This document shows positions 10,950 through 23,623 of a stretch of 64,000 bases of DNA, in pieces. How positions within the stretch are numbered: position 1 is the stretch's first letter; each line of letters opens with the position of its first letter. Under the pieces are notes generated by a model. The model was not told the origin of the DNA. It was given only the letters and a program-made list of their open reading frames with translations, and did no database searches. The position numbers and the translations under genes were made by a program. The DNA is from Selaginella moellendorffii. Lineage: Eukaryota > Plantae > Lycopodiophyta. The DNA is taken from positions 768,637 through 832,636 of the forward strand of contig NW_003314345.1 in NCBI RefSeq assembly GCF_000143415.4, in the 5' to 3' direction.

Positions 10950-11089
10950 TGTGGTATTATGAAACGGTGTTGTGTTATTATTATGACGGTTGATACATGG
11001 TTAAATGTATGGGTTTATCGTGACGATCCGTGGCGGCGTCTGGATCGCTCACGTGGCTGTGTGCTGACGTGGTCTTGTTCACTCCCACA
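10950..11089 (-). repeat. 5' LTR of the Copia element (140 bp)
   Basis: Bounded by the inverted termini TGTGG...CCACA and abuts the PBS. Its outer edge is exactly where similarity to the 15562-16148 repeat begins. Confidence 0.8.
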
Positions 11090-11658
11090 ATCCTCCACTG
11101 GTATTCTCCAGCAGCAGGATCGTGGACAGCATCCCAATCCATCGTGAGAGTACCGAATTCCGAGTAGCATCTGTCTTGAACTGTGGAAACAGCCAAACAT
11201 CGCTCGAGTCTGAAAAGATAAAAATGTTAGAGAAAACGATGGAAGAACAAAGACGTGCCAGGATTTTGCCGCGACAGATTTTCCAACAACCTGTCGAATC
11301 GAAGAACCAATAGAAAGGAAAGGCTCGTAGCTTGCCAAGATGCGTTTATCCTCGCAAGGTACACGAGATCTGGCCATGATATCGAACAGCAGAAAAGAAG
11401 CGATCTACTCACCGAGGCGCAGGCGCTCGAAATCCGGTAGCGCATTCACAAGGCGCTCAACCCCGCCGCTGCTGCTGCGAGAAAGATCCATAAACCCTAG
11501 CTCGTGCCCCGGCATATTCTCTTTTTTGAAATGATTCTTAGAATATTCAATTTTAGGCGTACCGTTAATCCTTTAATTTTCTGGTAAGCTTAAAGCATTC
11601 GCACTGCATGCTCACGGATTTATTCGATTCCATAGAAATTCAAGCTTGTACATGAGGT
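11090..11658 (+). repeat. Diverged copy of the sequence upstream of the multicopper oxidase gene (matches 15562-16148)
   Basis: Colinear shared blocks: ATCCTCCACTGGT, CAGCAGGATCGTGGACAGCA, AAAATGTTAGAGAAAACG, CTCGTAGCTTGCCAAG, GGCATATTCTCTTTTTTGAAA. Confidence 0.85.
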
Positions 11659-12304
11659 CGTGTCCTCCGACATCATCGGATAAAAAACAGTGCCATACAT
11701 CTGTGTTCTAGGCGAGGAATTATGGAAATGTGAAACAACACGGATGGATCGCGAGAAAAAGCCAAGATTCAATAACAAAAGGATATTCTCTTTGAGCTTT
11801 CAGGGCATCACAGAACAATATGTAGACAGCAATTTCTACCAGATTACTTATTTGATTTAGTAGCACTATGCTGCTGAGGGCGCTTGCTATCTTTGCAAGT
11901 CTCATGCCCCCAACCAGCAATACTGCTTGTTTCCTGGCATAAGTTTTCCGACCAGTACACAGCAAATGCCGCGACCAGGCACCTGCGACCTTAGGTCTGA
12001 TTTGTAGTGTGAGAATGACAGGGGGCGGGGGGGGGGGGGGGGGGGGGCGGCGCTATTATTTCTATCCTAAGAGAAATAGCTATTGACCTCAAACACTCGC
12101 CCTAGAAACGGCCATGGCAGGCCATTAGCTACTTTCATAAAATGGGCAAAAATGAGTACACAACCTCATCTCCTACATACAATGTGGTTTTGGGCACATG
12201 CCACGTGGTGGCACTGGAAAGAGAATTTTCTTTATAGCCATTTTTTGAGAAAGTATAGTTATAAATGAAAACTATAAATAGAGCTTCATGTGGATATATT
12301 TGTG

Positions 12305-12380
12305 TATTGTGCTACTTTAAAATCCACAAATATCTTTATATTCGTGTGGATCTATTTGTGGATTTTAAAGTAGCACAATA
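12305..12380. repeat. Perfect 28-bp inverted repeat with a 20-nt spacer
   Basis: TATTGTGCTACTTTAAAATCCACAAATA (12305-12332) and its exact reverse complement (12353-12380). Confidence 0.9.
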
Positions 12381-13879
12381 TTTATCACAGATTGTTGTAG
12401 AAATATTTCCATGTCAATTGCATCTACATGAAGCTCTTTTGTTCAATATTTTCTTCCTAGATTATTAAAAAAATACATTAGTGTCAAGATCTATCAATAA
12501 CTAAATATCAACTTGAGTGTTTGTTTTGCCATAACATACAAGCATTTATAAAACTTATTATAATATGTCTAAACTTGTTGGCATAGTGAATTTTTCATTG
12601 AGCTCTATCACTATTTTTGAATGTGATCAATACTTTTTAGTAGTTGAACAATCATAACTGTTGAATGCCATAATTGTATTTCTCACAATATACACAAAGC
12701 TACACTAAAAAGAAATAGGTTGATTCAATTTTTATTTTTTCTTGAATTGGAAGGTAAACTAGCTCATGAGCAATTATAATTGTCATAACCATTCCACATC
12801 ATAACCTCTTTAATATTGGATAAGTTTACCCCAACAATCACATAGTTTCCCACAAAAAATATAATGTCCCAAATTTTCAATTCAAAACGGGAAAATGAAT
12901 ATACCCATCTAATACCCAAGACATGATCCTCAAAAGTCATCTGAAGGGCTTAAATGGGACATGCAGTCACTACAAAAGAATGAAACATGGATCCATCTGC
13001 TGCAGAATCCACTTACACTGATACAGCAGATCTCGTGATTGTTCCAAACAAGCCATTCAACATCAACCCGATACCCTGCAAGCAAGGACAGAAGGTCTTG
13101 CCATCCGATGCTTCTTCAACCAATGAATAAAGGTGGAGGAGTCGCATTGGCGAGCCATGAAATGCCATATATCATGGCTGTTACTGTTTGTTCAGATCAG
13201 TACCCAGTTGTGAAACAAACGCTGATGCATTCACTGGCATCAAAAAGTTGGAGCACCCACTCCAGTTGATACGGGATTACTACCCTGTACACCATGCTTT
13301 CCAAATCAGAAACTAGATTCGTAAAAGGAAACAAACTAACTTGGGTGAGAACTATAAGAAGAAGTTCTGGCAGTCCAATTTCAATACATTTAGCTCCCTG
13401 GGAAAAGAAAGGAAAAAGTTCAGGGACAGCGACATTCAAATTGAAAGACATTGCGGGAATCCATACTCAAACAATCCAAGACCAACCAGAGCGGAGAACA
13501 ACCAAGCCGAGAGGTCAGAACCCGTGCAAGCAAAAAGGAGACTCACTGGAGCAGAGTTCCCCAAAGCCCTCGAAAGCCAAGTACATTGATTTGTCGACGC
13601 ACAAATCAATGCCCCCTGAATGTCTCAGAATCTCTGAAGATCAAGACAAAGGAAAAGAATGTTTTCACTTGAATGCGAAGAGAATAAAAACTTTCTGACC
13701 TCATGATCATCAAAGATAGAGCGAATTCACAATCCTCTAGATTGGAATAACATACGAGAAGGATGGATTCAAATTTATGTGAAATTGTTAGTAAGAAAAA
13801 GTTAATTGAGTTTTAAAAATTTCTATTTATAAACTAAAAGTCATTCTTTCTCTTAGATGAAAATTTTTCATAAATTTTT

Positions 13880-14960
13880 TTAAGCACTACAAGACTCCAC
13901 TACCAGAGCGGAGCGAGTGTCTGTCCAGCCAGCCGTGGTTCCGTCCAAGTCCAAGCACCCGACACAAGCGCTGCTCGAGCAAATTCCAAAAGGCTGGCAA
14001 TGCTGAGGCAGCAAGCACGAGTCATTCCTCGTGAGAAGATTGTAACTATCCGACCATATGAGCAAGTTCTCCAGAGTATACGCGTGAAGATCCCCGTCAA
14101 ACTCAAGCCGGATGAACGACTGGTTACGTGGAGTGTTTGCCGATGATCTCGTGGGCAGCAAACCTCCCGTTGCATTCAAGCCACACAGAGCTTGAGACCT
14201 CGTTCCGGACGGAGCCGTGTCGTTGCTAAGCATCATGTTGAGCACTAGATTCAAACCATCTCCATTGAGAACCGCCGCTGCGAGCAAGTCTCAAGCTTGT
14301 CGAGCAGCTGTTAGAGTGTCAACTCCATGGTATCCTCGAATCCAGTAAGGCTCTTGACGAGTTCCCGAGAAGTTGGAGTAGAGAACCAGGCCACCAGAGA
14401 ATAGAATCCTAGAGAAAAATCGCTCCTACTCTGGAGCCTCATTCCCGGTCGAAGGACTTGACCAGCCATCAAAGTATCTGTGGGACGATCGAAGCTTTGC
14501 CACAAGGTGGTGTTGTTGCGAAACACCACCAAGTTCCCAGTCTCTCGCACAACTTCCACCCGGGTAGCTCCCCTGTTTGCTGTTCCAGTCGACCACACCA
14601 GCCTCCCGTTGCGATCTCTCAGCACGGGATCACCGTCCGAGGCGAGCGTGGTTAGAAAACCCGAGAGCGTGGCGTTGAGTTCGACTGGATCTTCCCTGTT
14701 TGCCTCCCAGATGATCCTCTGCGTGGTTAGAAAACCCGAGTCGACGTTCATGACACTGTGAGTGTGCGATCTGGAGTAGAGTTGACAAAGCCAAGGTTGT
14801 AGACGCCACAAAAGAAACCTGTCATTCTCGTGGTAGCACCGTAACGTCCTTGTTCTCTGAGTTTTGGGTAGCTCGAGCCGGATCATTGCCAGTGGAGTTG
14901 ATTCGTGGCACATCGAAGCCCAGGGACCTAACAGCACCAATGGCGCTGCAAGGAACAGGA
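13880..14960 (-). pseudogene. EP1-like / bulb-type lectin glycoprotein, frameshifted
   Basis: IWEANREDPV, VWSTGTAN, GNLVV, LWQSFDRPTDTL and, in another frame, FIRLEFDGDL...CLLPQHCQPFGIC. The motifs are split across frames. Confidence 0.8.
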
Positions 14961-16166
14961 GAGTGGTACTTTGTTTGCTGTGCGCCGAATCCATACTATC
15001 ATCAGGACCAATCGATGTGCTCCTCCTCCTCTTCTCCGCGCTGGCTAGATTGACTGCGTGAATGACTGGATCAACGCGACCCTGCACTGTAGATGAAACA
15101 ATCATAAAACAATTACTGGCCTTGGCATTACCTTGGCATTATCGTCCTCTTTGCGAGCCAACAAAGATGTATGAGAACGTCATGTTTCACACTGACAATC
15201 TGGGAAACCAACAAAACGAAAATACAAATTGGAGAAAACTTGGCAATAAGCATATACAACCTGTAGTTGTTCACGTTACAGTGAATCTCGACCGATCCAA
15301 ATGGGTCAGTATTCTACTCGTGGAGCATCATCGTCTCGGCGTATGCCAAGATCTAGACTCCAGAAGCACGATCGTCACGAGGATGGATTCATCGATCTTG
15401 AATTAACCGCCGGACTCTGAAAAGAAGAAGAAACTGTTAAAAACCGAACAACCGAAGAACAGGAAAAACAAAGAGAAAAGCTCACATCTTTGTGCTCTGC
15501 TAGCAGCTTTTCACGTCAGTAGATAGCGATCAATCAAAAGTTTCATGGCGCAGGCTTTGTGATCCTCCACTGGTGTCCTCCGGCAGCAGGATCGTGGACA
15601 GCAGTACTGAATTCCGAGTGGCATCTGTCTGAACTGTGAATTGTGAAAACAGCCAAACTCTAAAATGAAAAATAAGATTAAAATGTTAGAGAAAACGTGG
15701 AAGAACAAAGACATATCAAGATTTTGCCTTCCAATGACCTATCGAATCGAAGAAAGAATAGAAAGGAAAGCTCGTAGCTTGCCAAGCTGCGTTTATCCTC
15801 ACAATGTACACGAGACCTTGCCATGGATATTTTGATTGATATCGAACAGCAGAGAAGAAGCGATCTACTCCGAAATCCGGTAGCACATTCACAAGGCGCT
15901 GTTGCGAAAACTTTGCTCGAGAAAAACCCCCCCTGGCATATTCTCTTTTTTGAAAAGATTCTTGGAAGATTCAATTTTAGGCGTGACATGCTTTTCTCAT
16001 CCTTTAATTTTTTGGTTAGCTTCTTGGTATGAAAAGCATTCATGCGCACTGCATGCTCTCACCTTCGAAATTCTTTGTATGACACGGATTTAGTCTATTC
16101 CATGGTATAAAATGGCACAATTGCAAGAAATCCAAGCTCGTACGTGAGGTACCTCTCTTTGTCACC

Positions 16167-18197
16167 ATGTCGGTGGCGGCCAGCTTGATCCTCCTCCTCT
16201 TCTTGTCCTCTCGAGTTTCTCCATCAAATTCTACTTCTTCGTCCTCGCCAATTAACACTACTGCTGCTTCATCGATCACTCAAGCCCAAGATCAAGCTCC
16301 ATGGCTGCACCGGGACGATGAGTTTTGCCTCAATCTCACAGCCTCCCCAGATCTCGAGAAGTTCGTGGACGCGCTCCCAACAATTCCGGTGATCTCCCTG
16401 TTCAGGAACCCCAGGATCACAATCGGAGCCTACAAGATCACCCAGGTTTGACTTTGGCTACCATTGACTACACCGTTGACAATGCGCTGACTCGATTGAC
16501 CTGTCCCAGAAACTCCACAGGGACCTCCCACCCACGACGCTCTACGCCTTTGGTACCAGCCAGTCAACGGCCACGTACCCCGGCCCAACGCTGGTCGCCC
16601 AGCAGGGTCAAACCGCGTGGGTTCGCTGGGAGAACCACATCCCCGACGTGGAGCCCATGCTGCCGTTGGATCGGAGCCTAGACTGGGCGAATCCACGGCT
16701 GGGCGGCGTGCCGCACGTTGTCCACAACCACGGTCAAGAGGACCCGCCCTGGTCGGACGGTCACCCCCAGGCGTGGTTCACCCCACTTGGGGAGCACGGC
16801 CCCAGTTACGTCACTCAGGACTACGTCTACCCGAACGAGCAGCTCCCCACCACGCTGTGGTACCACGACCATACGTACGGGATCACGCGGCTTAACATCG
16901 CCGCGGGGCTCGTGGGGGTATATCTGGTGGAATCTTCCGCGTTGACTCCTTCGTGGGTTCCTCGCGAGTACCATACATTGCTCATCCAAGACAAGGCGTT
17001 CTTTGCGGATGGAGGGATTAAGTATCCCAGCGTGGGGATCAACCCTAGCGTCCACCCGGTGTGGTGCCCGGATTACTTTGGCGATGTGGTGCTAGTTAAT
17101 GGCAAGGCCTGGCCGTATCTCAATGTTTATCCCAGGATCTATAGGTTCCGGCTCGTCAACGCTGCCAATTCCAAGTAAGTTGGATCTGTTCTTCCAATTT
17201 TGCTTTTGTTAAGGGTTCCATTTGATAACCTTTACCACCTTTTGTCGTCAGGTTTTTCGTTCTCACGCTGAGCGACGATTCCTTGCGTTTTATCAAGATT
17301 GGATCCGACAGTACTTTCCTGCGAACTCCAATCTCCCAAAGCACCATGCGAATCGCACCAGCCGAGCGCTGGGACTTTGTCATTGACTTCTCCCGCGTTC
17401 GTCCCGGAGGCACGATCGAGATGCGCAACATCGGCGCCACTCCATTCCCAGCCGGACCCCCAGCAAACCAGAGCGTCATGCTCTTCCGGGTCGTCCATGA
17501 GCCCGAACGGAAGAACCCACCAGCCAGCAACTTCCCAGCTCCAATCCCGGTGGAAAATCTCTTGCAGATGCCTCCAGCTCGCATGATCGAGGAGACCACT
17601 GGCTTGAAACTCACAGACTCGGAGTGGTACCGCCTCTACAATCGCCCATTTGTGACAAGCGCCCAGTTCGACTCGGGTATGGGTCTCACCGGGCTTTTCC
17701 TCCAGGATCACCTCCACTTTAACGATCCGGCTACTGAGGTTATGAAGCTCTACTCCGACGAAGTTTGGGTTTTCATCAATGTCCTCCAGACCAGCCATCC
17801 AATTCATCTCCACCTCGTCAACTTTCTCATAGTCGCTAGCCAAACTTTCAACGTTACAAGATTTCTGGAGAACTCGTGTTCTTTCCACTTCGGCTACCCG
17901 GATCCCAGGAGCTGCTACACGGCTCCACTCCAAGGGCCCGACCAGGATCAACTCGGCCTCAAGGACACGGGCGTGATCGCTGCTGGCACGGTTACGTGGT
18001 TTTACGTGACAGCATCGCCAAACTATGGCACCCGGTATTCGTTTGATCCCACCGCGTCTCCTCACTACATTTGGCACTGCCACCTGTTGGAGCACGAAGA
18101 CAATGAGATGATGCGACCATTTGTCATGTCTGATACTCGGGCTTTGATGGTTAATGCGTCGTTCCCTCCACTGGATATCATGAGGCAGTATGGCTAA
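16167..18197 (+). CDS. Multicopper oxidase, LPR1/CotA (bilirubin oxidase-like) family; 3 exons (16167-16445, 16510-17174, 17252-18197)
   Basis: Signal peptide; LEKFVDALP; KLHRDLPPT; copper motifs VHNHG, WYHDH, HPIHLH and WHCHLLEHEDNEMM; GT-AG introns restore one frame. Confidence 0.93.
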
Positions 18198-18969
18198 GGG
18201 AAGAGGCAGTGCAAATGCTAAGCGATTTGACAATAAATTGAATATTACACAGAAAATTTAATAAAGGTAACATTGATTTAAGATGGGATCTCCCACGTGA
18301 TGACGTTTTCTTTCGGAGTCGAGCAACTAATGGAGGAGAGTGCTTTCAAATAGTTTTTGCATTTTATTATGCTCCAAAAGGTGGTAGAGAGTCAAATGAA
18401 TACTGTGCGAAGTGCTTTTTGGATCACGAGCCCTCCAAATAACTTATCACGTTGAAATCCTCAAGCCAAATTAACAGTGTACTGTACAGAAGAGTAGTCT
18501 AGCTTTGGAAACCATTGGATGAAAACTTCTGTTGGAAGCTTTTAAAAATGAAACGTGCCTTTAAACATTATCAAGTCAATGGATGTCCTCAAGAAATGAT
18601 GATATAATCATGTTTAAAAACATTTACGGGAATTCGATCCATCGATCTAGCGCTAGCCGAGCTCATACTCGCGGAGAGAAAGTATACGGTTTCATGGGTC
18701 ATCAAGTTGAATATTGTCAACGAATGTAAGCAGAGAGAAGTTAATAAGCAGACAAAAAAGTTTTTTTTTTCTAAGTGTGGAGTGGTGTTGATAAGTTTCA
18801 AGTCCAGATGGAGATGCAATATAAATTAACAAATGAGCCACGTGTCAAAAAAGAATCACGTAGGAGAAGAGAAAGAAAAACCTTGACAAATGTACACTAC
18901 CATCGAGTGATATATATACCTATCGCTTTGGAGACTGATTTTTTGCGTTTTTTTTTTAACATCAGAATG

Positions 18970-20060
18970 TGGCGGCCGTTTTCAATAGGAGGATCTATAA
19001 AAAATATGACTTATGAGAAGCTGAGAACCATTGTCGCCAAAGCCTTGTCCAACAGGTTTCTTTGTCATCGTTTTCTTGCTGCCGTCTTTCTATTCTAGAA
19101 CGAATTTACATTTATAGAGAAGAGCTTGACATATTTCTCAGCTAGAAATACAGACATGGCTCGGCAGACAATGTTTCATGTGTTATTGCAAAAAATTCCA
19201 GGATTATGTATTTATGTGAGACAGATCAAAAGATGGGAATCTATGTGGGAAGTCTCTTCTTCTATGCGCCAGAAACTAGAACTTCGCATGTGGATCACCT
19301 CAAATCGTCCCTGGCTGAGGTGTTGGATTCAGATGATTTCTGGGGCGGAATGCTGAGATTCGGAGCTGGAGATCGACTGTAGCAATCAAGGAACTTTCTT
19401 CACATTTGCTACTTCTGATCTTGGCATGGAACAAGTGACAGCTGATGACTTGGATGATTTTTTTCTCTTTCGACGATGACAATATTAAAACCTCGGAAGA
19501 TCTTCCATCGTTGAGGATCCAGGTACGCCACAAAACTCACATAAGTTTTTTAGAAAGCTTTTCTCCATAGGTGACTCACATGTTGGTAATGGCTACTCAA
19601 TTTGATAATGTTTCACCATGTTTTGGTTGATGCAGCATTCATTATCACAACCTTGCATCGATCAACCGGGCGATGGTATCTATAAGGCCCCAAATGGCAA
19701 GCTCAAGCAAGTTGTTCGACAAAGGACCCTTGACTTGCACCACTTTTGAGGCTCTGGCAGCTTTGATATGGTGAACACACGCTCGATCCATCCCAGGCAA
19801 ATCTAGCAATGATGTTCTTCACCTTGAAATTTTGGTATGACCCACCCTTATCCTTGCGTTCTATCCGGTGCATGCCGACACTTATGGATATCCGCAAGCT
19901 TCTACTCGTTGCTCGACTGCAAAAGACGAAAAATGAATGACAAATGAATACGTTCGATCTGGACGAGATTTTTTCCATCTCAATCCCAACTGCACCGATG
20001 GTGATCAAAGCGTGGTCCCGACTGATGTAAAAGCTCCTGGTTGGGGTAAGCCTTCACAAG
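18970..20060 (+). pseudogene. BAHD acyltransferase pseudogene (deleted and frameshifted copy of 23624-25004, including upstream sequence)
   Basis: Near-identical blocks (GAGATCGACTGTAGCAATCAAGGAACTTTCTTCACATTTGC; GGTTGGGGTAAGCC) with indels and stops. Confidence 0.88.
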
Positions 20061-20929
20061 TAATTCCCTGACGCTTAGTCTTGGAAACTATAATCCCTAG
20101 GGGTATCTTTATTCAACTTTTCAACACCCTTTAACTAGAATAATCTAGAATATTTTACCTATTCACAGGAAAAATAAATAAAATAAAATAAACTAATTAA
20201 ATTGATTGCTGACAAATCCATGAAATATGTGTAACTTCATGGCATTGTCTATAATGGAAAGTTGTTTTCTTTCAACAAATGTTTTTGTTTATACATGAAT
20301 TTTCTTTAAACAACTAAGAGGACGATTTGTACTCAGTGGCTGTGTCCAAATCAAAAGGATAGATAACACTTATATATATCCCATAGTATACCTTAATTGA
20401 GTAATAATGTATGATTTCTTCCAAAATATAATAGCTACAATTGCATGAATACATGGATTATTAATTTTATGTCAATTGAAGCAAGAAGAAGTTGTTTTGG
20501 CAATGTTTTGAGTGACTCTTGAATATTGTAATATCAACCAACCAAACAATATAATAATAAGTATAAATGGATGCTTCACAAATTTGAGCCTTCCATTAAA
20601 TTAATGGAAGCCATATCAATTTTGATCTAATGACTTTTAATCAAAGAGAATGGCTTAAGAAATAATTTATTAATATAGCACATCTGATAATAGGATGAGA
20701 TTTAAATATAACTGTGGATCTTTAAAACTTTAAAGGATAAATAGGGATAAAATAACTATTAATTAAGTAAGAATAACTATTAATTAAGTTTTCTAAATTT
20801 AGCTATGTTTTCTATTACATTTTGCATTGCCACCTTTTAGAGCACTTTCATGATATAATTACAATCTTAGATGGGAGAGCTAGATCATTCACTTGAGGAC
20901 ATTTCTAGGTGGTCTAGAGTTTAGTGGGA

Positions 20930-21290
20930 TTCATTGTAGAGAGCCACCTAAACAGCTTTGTCAATCTCATTTAACATTAAAAGCTTTCTAGAGAACTCAT
21001 GTTCTTTTCACTTTGGGTAACCAGATCCCCCAGCAGCTACACAATTTCATTCTTGGGTAGGATTAACTTGGCCACTTTGGGTAACCAGATCCCCCAGCAG
21101 CTACACAATTTCATTCTTGGGTAGGATTAACTTGGCCAAGGATATGGGCATGATTGCCACCAGCACTATTACATGGTTTTATATGATGACTGTGCCCCAC
21201 GGTCACGCGGTCACTTGTCTACTTGTTTGATTCCACCACATCTCCTTAATATACTACATTGGCATTGCTGCCTTTTGAAAACATGAAGCT
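20930..21290 (+). pseudogene. Degenerate 3' fragment of the multicopper oxidase gene, containing a 64-bp tandem duplication (21009-21138)
   Basis: TTTCTAGAGAACTCATGTTCTTTTCACTTTGG and CAAGGATATGGGCATGATTGC align to 17860-18100. Confidence 0.75.
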
Positions 21291-22405
21291 GATGTGGCTT
21301 CTTGTTATGTTTCATAGGCAAGAGTTGAGGAAGTTGAAGATCTACACAGCTGGAGAAGCTCTTAGGCATAATACAGTGTGAGTGCATATGAGATGTAACA
21401 TGGTATTAGAAGTTCATTTTGGTTAGCATCATTTATTAGTGTTAGTAAATTGTGTTTAGCACCTGTATTTAGCCAGATGGACATAAGGTAGGAACTTCTA
21501 TGTGTTTCTTGCTGAGTATGCTTGGCTTGGCTCTTAATTCTGTTTTGCTCTATCTTGCATTGACTTGAAGAGAACCTTTGCGTATTGAGACTAGTCCCTC
21601 AATAATGCTAAATGATAGCTTACCGTGTTTGCCAAACACCCTACCCTTTATGTTAGTACCATTTTGTCCTAAATATTATTTATGGAAAGTGTCGAGATTT
21701 TCTCATTTGGCATATCTACGGAATGTAGAGATTGTCTTGAACACAATGGTGTTTATCTCATGTCCAAATTCACAATCTACGGACATTCCATATTTAGTAA
21801 ATTTCAAACTTGTCCCAGAGACTAACTCCTGGTACTAAAGGTGGCTAAGAGGGGGTTGTAGGGGGTTCTAAATGTATAGTAAGGATAGTGGGTAGATTGG
21901 GCATAGCAAACCAACTTGAGGCATAGTCTAGCTCTTGCTTGCGTGTTTGTCTTTGTGTTGCGTCTAGCTTGGGTCTAAGCCTAAATTCCATGGTGGAGTC
22001 TCACGTTAGGCCACCAGTATGCTGAAATAGCACCAGACTTCATTTGGCTCTGTTTTGCATGTTGGTCCTGGCATTGGGATGCTAGATACTCTAGGACAGT
22101 TCCAAGTCACTCCGCGCTTCTGTCCCTTTGCTCCTTAGGCTGTATGCTTAGGAGTTGTTCCATGCTCCAGTGCCATCGTTCCTTGGGTTCATGCTTAAGA
22201 GTTTGGCACCATTCCTTCATTTAGTGGCCCAAGGCTCTGAAACTTAGGTTCTGCATTGCTATCCTTTGGATGTGTGGCATGTGTCACATAGCATATGGAT
22301 GGTTTAGGTTCACTTCATGGTTATCCTATAGTAAAACACTATAGAATAAAAGGTGAAAACCACATGCACGATTCTGGAGATCTGGAGTGCGAGAGAGCTA
22401 GAGCA

Positions 22406-22760
22406 TGATGGGCAATTCCACAGAGCCGCCAGCGTCCACGTAGAGCTGGGAAATCCCCAAGGTTGCCGCAAATTCCAGCTTCACAGATGGTGTGGCGTCA
22501 CGGGATGTCAAGCTCGGCAGTGGCGATAGTCGTGTGTGGGTCAAGCTCTATCTCCCCGCGGCAGCACTCCAGATCAATTCCAAGTGCAAGCTCCCAATTG
22601 TGGTCCATGTCCATGGTGGAGGATTCGTCCGATTCAGCGCTGCCACGTCCTTGTACCACGATTTCTGCAAGAACGTAGCCACTGATGCCACTGCTCTTGT
22701 TGTCTTGCTCAACCACAGATTTGCGCCGGCCTCACGCCTCCCCGCCGCCTACCAAGACCT
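22406..22760 (+). pseudogene. Carboxylesterase (CXE/GID1-like alpha/beta hydrolase) N-terminal fragment
   Basis: DGVASRDV, VKLYLP, KLPIVVHVHGGGF, APASRLPAAYQD; in-frame TAG at 22441; ends before the GxSxG motif. Confidence 0.85.
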
Positions 22761-23623
22761 GAGTATGCCAATCTCTTTGAATTTAACATATCGTCTGAAG
22801 CCAAGATATTTAGTAAGGAAAGGAAGTGTGAGAGAATGGGAAAGCAATTGGAGAAACATGAGCTGAGCTCAAGGACCCTAATGTACTAACACATCCTAAA
22901 CTTAATTCATCATACTCACATTAATATGAGTTTCTTGAAAACTATATATAAGTTTTTGCTACAAGTTTCTCAAGGATCTCCTAGTGCACTCTTTCCATGC
23001 CTGGAGACATGTATGAACTAAAAAGACTGGTTAAATTGACTTGCACTGTTTATAGCTCATCTTATCAATCGGAATCTAGCAGCAAGAAAACGACAGAAAA
23101 GAAAACTGTTTGCTAACTTCAGAACGGCAATGGAGATTAGAAATGTTTTTATTTGTCACGTCAGTGGTGTCATTCCATTTGGCAGCTCTATTCCATGAGG
23201 ATAGAGCATACGTTTTGTCTCAGCTATATCTCCACCACATAGCTTTGATCCTCCATAGAACTTTCAGTAGTTTCCAACACTTCATTATGGCTGTGCTTTG
23301 ATTTATATATGAGAATTTCAACGTGATAAGCTCTTTAGGCTAGGAGCTCACAGGCCCATTCGTTTAATATTCTGCCACCTTTTGAAACATAATAAAATGC
23401 AAAAATTATTTTAAAGAAATGGTTTCATGGTGTACTTGGGGCGGCTGTTTTCAATAGAAGCTTTGAATCCTCAAAACGGAGACAACCATTGCCGTCCAAG
23501 CCTTGACCAACAGGTTTCTTTGCCATCGTTTTCTTGCTGCCATCTTGCTATAAAATAGGAAAGTCAGGCGTTGCTCGAAACAGTCATTCGTTACATAATT
23601 CTTAGATCTCAAGCAATACATAC

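Larger units (their letters stand above)
1..11089 (-). mobile_element. Ty1/Copia LTR retrotransposon (short-LTR type), 3' part beyond the window start, interrupted by a nested element
   Basis: Minus-strand order is LTR (11089-10950), PBS, gag (zinc knuckle CNYCGKAGHVERECR), protease (WMDSGASMH), GAG-pre-integrase WHARLGH, integrase (LVHTDVC, FIDDYSR), RT (YKARFVARGFSQ, QLDVCTAFLNG, LYGLKQSPRQW). INT before RT is the Copia order. Confidence 0.96.

Noticed and set aside
12021-12047. Poly-G run (G-quadruplex potential)
   Set aside because: Simple homopolymer with no supporting context.
13039-13698. Short ORFs of 76-134 aa
   Set aside because: No recognisable motif or gene structure.
21394-22288. 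Possible solo LTR (TGTAACA...TGTCACA)
   Set aside because: Termini are suggestive, but there is no TSD and no second copy in the window.
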